DNA from: Yuukianura sp. NJ FZ-2021
Lineage: Eukaryota
Reading direction: 5' to 3'
NCBI GenBank assembly: GCA_046563655.1
Contig: CM102289.1
Location: forward strand, 5,704,001 to 5,768,000
Length of the DNA: 64,000 nucleotides
Each line of letters opens with the position of its first letter. Positions within the stretch are counted from its first letter, which is position 1. Shown in pieces: positions 46,449 to 58,695 of the stretch. The translations under genes were made by a program, and so were the position numbers. The notes below the pieces were generated by a model that was given only the letters and a program-made list of their open reading frames with translations, had not been told where the DNA came from and did no database searches.

Positions 46449-48819
46449 ATGAAAGGAAACGCGAAACAACCAATTGCGAATCCACCGCTGCAGTCACCAC
46501 CGCCGTCACAAAAACCCGAGAAAAAGAAAGGCTGTTGCAAATGTTGTGGAAAAAAGAAAGGCGGAGAAAGCAACCCTCCGTCCAAAAAAGAGAAGCCGCG
46601 TAGCAATTCAAAATCAAAAGGTGGCGGTTGTTGCAGTAAATCCAAGAAAAAGCAAAGTTCGAAATCTAAAAATCAAAAAGGCTGTTGTAAAAAATGCAAA
46701 GAAAAGTGGTGTTCATTGATGCTACTGTTCTGTTGGGTTGTCTTTGTAAGTAAAATTTTTAAAAAAATTATTATTTTTTGCCAAAGTACACTAAAAAGTT
46801 GCTTGACCTTTTACTTTTGTTAGCTCGCTACCTTGGGATTTGGTCTATTCGCATTGTTCTATCCATCATGTTCAAATTTTCCCACTGTGACACCTTATTC
46901 GTTTGATGTAATCATTTTCTATGCAGTCGTTACATACATGTTTTGGACGGCACTTTTTGCACTGATTTTTATTGTATCAACGGCAATGTCCAACTGCTCT
47001 GGAAGATGTGCCGGTTTTACAGTAAGTACTTTTGAATTTTAAAATTGAGGTCATTGACCTACATTTTCCCGCTACTTTTTTTTTACAGCGGATTGTTTGG
47101 GGCGTGGTTCACGTGACCATAGGCTTAGCTTTGATGATTTATGTTGTCAACATTGGAGAAAAGAAGCGTTTGAGTATTGAAGCTCTTGAGGACATTGCTA
47201 AGAAAAATCCGGATCAGAAATGGCTCGTTTTCTTACAAAAAACTGAGGTAAATTTGAATTACAACGGAAAACTGTGCAATTTCAGTTTCAATTGATTGAG
47301 GTGTTCGTAGTTTGTTCTTCTAATTTCAGATTTGTTGTGGGGTGAACAATTCCTTGGACGTACCTGACAATTTTGTCAAATCGAACTGTGACAAAATTTT
47401 TCATTCCAAAAAATTGGCGATGGTAAACTAAGTTTTTATTGCCGGTGCTGTTTTAGAGAGTTTACTTCATTTTTCAACTTTTTTTTTAAATATCACACTT
47501 GCATTTGACCTATTTATTTCGTTTCTTTTTCTGCAGGGATGTGGACCCATTGTTAAATCTTACGTTAAAAATTGCCAGTCCAGCCTGCTGATTTTTGTTG
47601 CAACTGCAACTTCCGCTGGTCTTCTGCCTTGCGTAGCATGTTGTTCTAAAAGTGTCAAAAAAGATAAACGAAACAGAAATGCAGTGGACCAGGAACCTAG
47701 TCGACACTCTAAGCAAGGTCAACCTCCACATAGTCACAAGAACTCAACCACGTCCCTCAAGAGCATCAATCGTCCAATGTCCAAAACACCAGGGCAAGTC
47801 AAACCCACAAACCCACCTCAATCGCCCGGGCAGACCCGCTCCACCGCTCCAGCACCACCGCAAGGTGCCCATCAACCTGTCTCTCAGCCAAAGTCACAAG
47901 TTGCTAAGCAACCAATGTACCAGCAAAATGCTCAGGGTACCCAGCAACCAATTCATCACCAGCCAAATCCTCAGGGTACCCAGCAATCAATGTACCAGCT
48001 AAATCCTCAGGGTAGCCAGCAACCCATGTACCAGCCAAATCCTCAGGGTACCCAGCAACCCATGTACCAGCCAAATCCTCAGGGTACACAGCAACCAATG
48101 TACCACCCATATCCTCATGGTACCCAGCAACCAATGTACCGCAACCCATGTACCAGCCAAATCCTCAGGGTACCCAGCAACCAATGTATCAGCCAAATCC
48201 TCAGGGTACCCAGCAACCAATGTACCAGCAAAATGCTCAGGGTACCCAGCAACCCATGTACCAGCCAAATCCTCAAGGTACCCAGCAACCCATGTACCAG
48301 CCAAATCCTCAAGGTACAACACAGCCAACCGCTCCTAGCTACCTCTCACCAACATTGCAGAATGACACTCAGAACCCAGGCCGCAGGTCTATCACCCCTC
48401 CCTACCAATTGTCAAATCTACCGCCTGAAGGGGCTAACCCATCGAATAAGGACAATGCTACCGCCAGCACATTGCCAACGTCTAGTTCACCATCTGATGT
48501 ACCGCAAAAACTTCCATTTTCGTCCGCACGAACTTCTTTATCGGCTGAAAAATCTCCAGCGAATTCTCCACGTACTTCATTACAACCAGACCCGCTATCA
48601 ACTGAACCAATTCAGCCGCGAACTTCGATAAAGTCTGACCCGTCTGCTGCGAAATCTCCTGCTGGTTCTCCGCGAAGTTCATTACAGCTCGACCCGCCGA
48701 CTGGAAAACCTTCCACGAATTCTCCACGAACGTCTGCAAATCCGTCATCCCCAGAGCCAGAGTCTGAGCAGGTTACAGAAAAGTCTCCACGCAACTCTAA
48801 TACCTCCGACCTTCCATAA
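46449..48819 (+). CDS. Divergent tetraspanin with Lys/Cys-rich N-terminus and long Gln/Pro- and Ser/Pro-rich C-terminal tail; frameshift near 48140 in this sequence
   Basis: Exons 46449-46745, 46824-47021, 47089-47247, 47330-47422, 47537-48819 (all introns phase 0). Four hydrophobic segments; large loop LQKTE|ICCGVN...SNC...M|GCGPIV gives the CCG motif and the pre-TM4 GC of tetraspanins. Exon 5 runs in frame into QQPMYQPNPQGT repeats. A 14-nt truncated unit shifts the frame: the stop falls at 48631 as written and at 48819 if the repeat frame is restored. Confidence 0.8.
47906..48320 (+). repeat. Coding minisatellite, 36-bp unit (QQPMYQPNPQGT), about 11 units plus one truncated unit
   Basis: Consensus cagcaaccaatgtaccagccaaatcctcagggtacc is directly visible; one 39-bp unit (QQPIHHQPNPQGT) and one unit missing 22 nt at about 48140. 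Confidence 0.95.
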
Positions 48820-49398
48820 AGCGCATTTATCTTCCGATGCTGCTACTTTACCTGAAAAGTGCATAAGTGCATACTCAACTCTATGTTGCTCTTACTTTTT
48901 GTGCAAGCTTTGTATTTTGTATTATAATAACTCTATACGTTATAAATTCTTTAATAATGAAAGGAAAAGACTTGGGAAACAAAGAAAAAAAGAAGTGATT
49001 TTTATTAACTCGACAGTGGTAAACCGCAACCCACTTCCCAAATACCCAGGAGCTGAGCACCACTGGTCAAAAGTTGAAGGTCAACGGCATGCTGTAAAAA
49101 CAAAATTAAGCAAGCATGCCCATTTATCACCATATAAATAAGATTAAGCAATCATTTGGTAAAAGGAAAAAACAAACTTTTAGTCGTAGCTGGGCTGTCC
49201 TGTAGTTTAGTATAACATCATCTCTTCCACTTACTTCTCGATGTGACAGTTTGAAAGAACAGTAAAGTATATTTTCATTAAAAAGCCGGCTCCATTCAAA
49301 CTGTGATTTGTGTCCTTTGGGCTCAAAAATAAAAATTGAGTTCAGTTTGACCTCTGGTGACCTGCGGTAGATTCCGGAATTATTTCCTTGCGGAAATA

Positions 49399-51773
<2,375 letters not shown>

Positions 51774-54700
51774 AACAAAAAGTTCCAAATTTTGAAAAAA
51801 TGACTCATCAATATTTGCTCCTCAAAGATTTACAAATCACAAAAGTTATAGATAAATAGAAATATATTTTTCAATTTGTAGTACTACAACTTAAACCTTT
51901 TCTATTAGGAGTAGTGAAATTTTTATTTTCTCATTACGTGTTGTATTGAGGTTACAAACACTTTGAAAAGTATGCGATTTTGCATCCGAAATTGACTTTC
52001 GTAAAAGCACTTTAATTCGGAGTGTTCAAAAACACAAGTGGATTTGCGATTAAAATTTTAAATTCAAATTCTAGTAAGACCTCAAAATGTTCGTGAATGC
52101 GCTCCATAGATACAAACTTTGTTTTCAAAGGCATTGAAATGGTTGAAAAAGTAAAGTGAAATTATTGTACACTTTTCAATCCACTTTGTCACGGATTTTT
52201 TAAAATCGTAAGTCAACCTTATAAACTTTCACCCTTCCAGAACAGTCACGCGTTCTGCACATGCAGCACTGGAGAGAAAGTTCAGAATTTTTTTTAAGCA
52301 TTTCCAGCTTTCCAAAAGAATTGTGAGCAACGAGGTCACAGGGAGCCACAAAATTTGAATCTTTCAATTCAAGTCAGATTCAGAGAAATTCAAAAATGGT
52401 TTTTAGACGAAAAAAAAAATTTTTTTTGAACTTTTCGAAGAAAATGATGACAGCATTTACGTCTTTCATTCTTTTGAATTTTCCCTCTCTTTGTGAAATC
52501 ACAATTTATGTTATGGGTTCAGGTAAAAACGAATTTTATGTTTCGGTGACGTTGAATTACTTTTTCTAAATTCCAGCACCAGAAGCACAGAAGAAAAGAA
52601 ATTGTGAAAGCACTTATAAAAATCCACTTTCAATTTTTTCAAAAATCTCATAATTCCCTTTGAATTACTGTCATCCACAACTTGCAAAAATTCACTTTCA
52701 CTCAAACTCAGGTTCAAAATTTTGTCAAAAAACGGTGTTGGGTGCGTCATTCTCTAAAATCTTGCATCCCACTGCACACTTTCTTATACAAATAAGAAAG
52801 GATTAAATTAAATGATTTTTTGCACCTTCAGCACAACCACGCCTTGTGAAAACGGAGTTCAATTCAAAAAATTTACATAATTTGACACAAAGCGCCAATT
52901 TTTTGTCAATCTATGTCTGTATGTGTAGTTTTGAGCTTAAAGGTCACGCTTGACATGGGATTTAATTAAGGTCAAAGGCGCGTGCGCCGAAGCAGTATTT
53001 GACTTTTGCTTAGCATGCTGTAGCTCTTAATTATTGTAATGAGGCCGTTCCGAGCTGTACTAACAAAATGCTTTTGCAACTGGAACTCAAATGTCGTGCT
53101 TATGCTTTCTCCTCGCTCAAATTATTTTGTCCTGGCTGCCCAACTTTGATGGCGTGTTCCACCACTACTGTCGCGGTACGAACACCACCGTGGAAATTGT
53201 ATTTCATATTTATTAACCAGCCTCTGCTGGCTCCTTTCTCTTTATGTTTCAAAAACCAAATTTTGAATTTCGTTCGTGCCATTCATCAAACAAAAAAGTT
53301 TTAGTTTTTCCTGTTTTTCTGTAGTGAAAGGAAAAAACACAATAAATAACTTTGAAAACTAGGCAGAGAAATCAAAACTGAAATTAAACACAAACCATAA
53401 AGTTTAATAACAAAACAGAGCCATACACACTATCCTAACAAAAACCTTAAACCGAAAAATAGGCTTGAGAGTGAGTGAAAGCCATTTTTTAAATTTTGAA
53501 CATATCAGTTTTGGCGGTCTTTTCTTTCATCTTTTCTATACTTTCTTGGCTCAAATTGGTTTCTAAATTGCACAAGTTATAGAAAAACTATGAAAACTTG
53601 GAAAAACTGGCGTTTTTCAAACAAAAACTGGAAAAACTACTTTTTTCGTGTTTCTAGCAAAACTCATGTTTAAATATGCAGGTCTCATTCTCATTTTGTT
53701 CTTTTCTCAATTCTTCAACCGCGTCGGTTTCTTCAAGGCTTTCACTGGAGAAAGCGTTTCCGGGCAACTTGTGGAGAGGGAAGCATACCACCCCAAGAGC
53801 TATTCTAGAGAAAAAGTGGGAAAAACGAAAAAGGTTAATTCAAAGATTTCGAAGATTCCCGGGAGAAGTTTAAAATCCAATCTGAGGAACTAACTAGGGC
53901 GCAAGCGCCTCCAAAAAAAATATGTGCTACTCTTACTTCTGAGGGGGTTTAGGCACCAATGGGACCTTGAATTTAAAATTTCCCGCTCCACTGGTTCTTT
54001 TTCTCTTACTTGGTCCCTTTGTTCCAATTTTTTTCTCTGTTTTTCTATGTATCTAATTTGCATTCTTTTGTTTAAAAGTTTAGCCAACAAGAAAAGAAAA
54101 AAAATAGAATTCGCGAGGAAAAGGAGTAATAAAAAATTAATTCCCGATGAGAAGGTGTTCTTCTGTTGAAGGAGAAAGTTGAGGTTGCTTGGAGGGAAAG
54201 GTGAGAGTGATTGGATTGACTCCTAATGGTGAACTTACTTTAATTAGGTGCTGATGAAGTGTTAATTAATTATTAACGTCAAAGAAAGAGAGAAATTCCC
54301 TAACCTTATGACCTTTTCACCTTATGAGAAAGTTGGAGAAAGCAGGAAAAAGAAAAAAGAGGATCGCTTCCAGCTCCCGGCAAAACCGAAGTTTTTAAAC
54401 AGCTAAAAAGGTCGTTGGATTCATAATTATGAAATGGCGTGTAGCTACTTCTTTTGCCGAAACGCGGAATCGATCCCCCGACAAATATTTTTAGAGCATT
54501 TGGTAGCTGGACGTGAAAACTTTGTTGCCTCCATCGTGCATGTACCTAGTGACCACAAATGTAGATCATGCAGAACGAGTGTACAGAAAGGGTATGCTAA
54601 GTTGAAACTTTATTTAGGGAGAAAATGTCATTTCGAGACACGCTGTACATTTAGTTCTTGGGCATTGGACTGGAAGTTTTTGAAATGTAGGGCAAGGGAG

Positions 54701-57700
54701 GGTAGGTTTTTGTGAAAGTCTTTTGCATGATGGAGTCGTCTAACCCTTTTCCTTCAATTTGAGTCATGTCACTCAGCATAAAGTTCCTAAGTAGCTGAAG
54801 CAACGAGAAATGGAAAAAGCGGAAAAATTCAAATTTTCGGTTTTCAAACGAGCGGGAACTAACAGAAACGGAGTAGAGAGTCAAATTCAATTCACAAACG
54901 GAAACTGTTAAGCTCACAAAGGATTTTCTTTATTTTGCTTCCAAATTTTACTACACTAGGAAATTGCGAAATATACAAGAAGTACTACCACATCAACATA
55001 AAGTTTGAACAGTATGGGAGAAAGCCTTGTTCACGAACACAAACAAAAGTTATATTGAATTTTTAGTTTTCATTTTTAAAACTTTGGAATTTCTAAATTT
55101 CAAAAGTATAGTGTCTGCAGTCTTCATTGTTCAAACTTTGTCGCTCGATCACGCATACACATGTATTATTATCATTTACACTAATTGGTTCATTTCAAAC
55201 GACCTACATGGGCGTGCATGGAATCCGATGGCGCGGATGATTCCAATATAATTCAGCATCATTTCTGTGTCACTCGAGGTTCTTTTCATTTTTTTCGTTC
55301 ACATATTCCAGTTCTTTATATGCCGTCTTTCAAAAAGGCTAATATCATTCAACTGCCGCAAATTTCATTTGCTAAACTATTGAACCAACTTCAATTTTTC
55401 ATTCATGTGACAACTCCGCTGCTTATGAAAACACAGTCTAACTAAATTTTCGGTATTGACACAAACATACACTCGTGCTTCAAAAACAGAGAATTTCAAA
55501 AAAGACATTTATTTTTAGCATTTGGAAAGAGAAATTCAACTAAGATTTAAATTAATTGGTGAAAGCACCAAAAAAGAGGATTCGTTACTAGGTTTTCCGT
55601 AGTATTTTTTTGTTTTGTGCGGGCAGATTTAAGTTTCTTGTCTGAATTACATGAATTTGAAACAACAGGTTTTACTTTATGCTCTCATATTTTTGTTGTC
55701 TCTAGAAACAAGGCATTGGGGGATAAGCCTTCTCTTTTCTCCTTTCTTTTCCAAATCCTTATTAGTTTCCAAAATTCCGAGAGTTGTGCGCCGTCTTTCA
55801 AAAAAGTGGCCTCCAGCTTTCCTCGTTCAGCAAAAACCGTCGAGAGTCCAAGTCCGAGCAAGCACCTTGGCGGGGAGCTTAAGTCTTTCGTAAGTATATC
55901 CTGTGGCCTCGAGGAATGACAAAAGGCTGAAATTGATTAGAAGAAGGCTGAGATTTAGGTGATGTAGAACCCACCTTCAGAGAAAAGCCTTCTTATTATT
56001 TGGCCAAAAGAGAAAGCAGAAAGCCTAAAAAAACGATGGCATTTCTCAGGTGTGTGCAGCATTGTGGCTTCGAGAAAAAGAATTGAGACTTATTGTGGGT
56101 TTGCGTTGGGTTTCTTAGGTTAGCTTTAGGTTGCCAGTGGCTTGTTGGAACACGCGATAGCTGGAAACATCAACTGAGCGTTCCAGCGCTTGATGCTTAA
56201 AGTGAGGCTGTTTTGAAAAGGCGCAGATGCCGGGGGAGCGGGAGAAAGTAAAAAAGAGAAAGCACGAGCTTTAGCCTTTGGATTATTTGGTAGAAAGTGA
56301 GACCAAGGAGAGCAGGACCTTTGCTTAACTTTAGCCGTCGACAAAGTCTCCTGGTCCCTCAATCTTTCTAAGTCTCACGAAAAGAAAAAGCTAAAGCTTC
56401 TTTTCCTTAGTTTTCTTTTTAAACGACCCAAATCTTCTAAATAAACAATTGGATCTAGGGATTAGTTCCAAATTTTCCGCCATTTTTGTGAAATTTTACC
56501 AAACGTAAATTTACTCTTAATTGAACAAAATTAAACAAAAGCTCTTTGCTAATACGGGTAAACTTTTTTTTTACAAAGGTTGTAGCACAAACGCTTGGCT
56601 AAAAGAACATAAAGTTTTATCAAAAATTTTGAAAACACTGGCCGCGTCAGGTTTCAAAATTTGACTTTTTAATCCAGATATGCTCCACATTGTTTCATCA
56701 TAGTGACATAGTGACGTTTACTTCCCTGTCTCAGATTACAACAGTTTGACATTACGGATTAAAGTGCACATGCTTTTTTTTTTGAAAGCCCGTGGGATAT
56801 TTCAAAAGTGTCGAGAAAAGTTTTTCGCAACGCAAAAGTTGGATTGCAAGAGGACGCTCAAATGTCTACCATTTTGAGTGTATTTTCCGGAAGCTATTTT
56901 ACGGATTTTGTAGGAGAAAGTGAAATTTGTGAAGAATTTGGGGGTGTGAAAATTTGAATTTTTCTGCTCATCTACTTTCTCCGGCTTTTCGTCTCATTCG
57001 TGGCTATTAGCCATCTCCGTTCAAGTCAAGTGACATGGAGTGGTGGACTGTGGAAGTTTTACTAAAGTTGTGCTTACTTCGTGTTTTGAAAATGGTACAT
57101 CGGATCAGTTGAGGGAAAGTGGATCGCTGTGCGTACAAATGTGGTAAAAGCAGCAGAAGACGCTTGTAGCAAGAAGACGTGCTGAAAGTTTTCTTATTGT
57201 GTGTGACTTCCTCTTGCTATGTTCTTAAAGTTGCCTGATTTATGATTCTGTCTGCATGACTTCAAGTGGAAAGACGCTTTTGCAAAATGAACTTGGACAC
57301 TAAACTATCATGGACCGCACCATAAACCAACAACTTTGAGCAACACCGAAAATATACTTGAGCAACAGCTAACTCAAATTAGTTAGTCAAGATCCAAAAA
57401 ATTTTGGCCAATTTTACAAATTAGGTACTCACCCACATCTCGAATTCCACGTCACGCTTTGGGAACTTAACGAAAACGGCGCATAGAAAGAGTGCCATTT
57501 CGAATTTTCAAAAAAGTGAAAGCGAGCTCTTGAGCAAGAAAAACTGCATAAAAGTGGATTCTTCAGAAGCTAAAATTAAAAAATTGAGCTCTTTGAAAGA
57601 AAACTTTTGACTTTTTCAAAAAAAAAAACTGAAAATAATGAACCTTTTGAGATAGAAAAACCAAGAAACTACATTTTCCGACGTCGCAAAATCGTAGCAC

Positions 57701-57839
57701 CGGAACTACTAAGCAAAGAAGAAACAAAAGTCAAGTCTGAAAACAACATCAGACATTTTCCTTTTTCTTCGTTTTCCAAATTCAAAAAACAACTTTTTGT
57801 TTTTGAGTTTTGCGAAAATTCAGAAGAAAGAGTTACAGT

Positions 57840-57845
57840 TCAGTC
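57840..57845 (+). promoter_or_regulatory. Candidate initiator (TCAGTC) for the Nav2-like gene
   Basis: Arthropod Inr consensus TCAGTY about 310 bp upstream of ATG 58150; a 6-mer, so weak on its own. Confidence 0.3.
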
Positions 57846-58149
57846 GTCGTAACCTTGACAACCAAAATTTGCAAAAAGGCGCAAGTTGTTTGCTGCTTGT
57901 TGACAACTTTTTTTACGACTGCCATATGCCACTGTTGCTGCTGATTCTGCTCTCCTCCGCTTCATTGAATCTCTGTTTTCTTCAAGTTGTTGTTGCAGAA
58001 CCGGAGTCGTTTCTTGTTCAAATATTTTCTGATTGTGTTCAAATAACGTAAGGTTTGTTTAGAATAAAGAAGGACGTGTCAGGAACCTTCGTATTTGTTT
58101 TGGAACTAAAACCTCAACCTGTCCAGACTCATTTCCAACTGATTTGGAA

Positions 58150-58695
58150 ATGTTGACTTATCATGAGGAACAACATGAACTTCCGGAACTGCCCAAAGGC
58201 AAAAGGAAAAATCGGAGTCAACTTCGCAGAGGTAGTTCATCCCCCACACCCCCCGAACTCACCACCTCCCCACCCCTCCGCCGACGCTCAATCTACGACG
58301 ACCTTCCAGTGTCCATCGCTGCAACGTTGTGTTACGAACCCACAGACTCTGAAAGTGTCGTCGGCGGAAGTGGGACTGGGGGAGGTGGCTTTAGTTCCCC
58401 ACCGCGACGTCAAAGTCCCACCGGAACCACCGGTGGTGGAGATCCACCAACTCCTGATGAGGGAGGCGGTGGGCCGACTGACCGTGACCCCTCGCCCGGT
58501 CCAATTCAAACACTTTTTAAACCATTTTTTCTAAAATATTGGCCTCATCCCACTACAGATACTACGAGGTCAGAACGTGAGTCGACAGAAGGTCAACGAA
58601 AAGCGTCAGTGAAGCCGCCTGGCAAGAAAACTGTGAAGAAGGAGACCATCTACGGCAAAGTCCTGGAAGAAGTGGATCCCTTTGTCTTTGAAGAT
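58150..58695 (+). CDS. NaCP60E: First coding exon (partial CDS) of a NaCP60E/DSC1 (Nav2)-type voltage-gated cation channel; the rest lies beyond the window
   Basis: GC-rich 182-codon ORF from ATG 58150 ending at a canonical donor GAT|gtaagt (58696). Its end, FKPF...IYGKVLEEVDPFVFED, resembles the Nav N-terminal motif, closer to the DSC1/NaCP60E form (YGKPLEEID.FIYEE, recalled from memory) than to para (STPLEDIDP). I found no downstream TFCVV-type exon in 58.7-64 kb. Confidence 0.72.

Noticed and set aside
46126..46719. Several overlapping 80-165 aa ORFs around tetraspanin exon 1
   Set aside because: Low-complexity antisense or off-frame shadows of the Lys-rich exon.
47906..48320. 36-bp periodic array as a CRISPR array
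   Set aside because: The units are contiguous with no unique spacers, lie in a spliced eukaryotic exon, and there are no cas genes.
47904..48338. Alternative-frame and antisense repeat ORFs (VAGYPEDLAGT, GTLRIWLVHGLL, PATHVPAKSSG)
   Set aside because: These are shadows of the stop-free minisatellite; only the Q/P frame joins the tetraspanin exons.
55651..55893. ORF with a signal-like start and a GTAAGT near its end
   Set aside because: No partner exon or homology; equally explained as UTR or intronic T-rich sequence.
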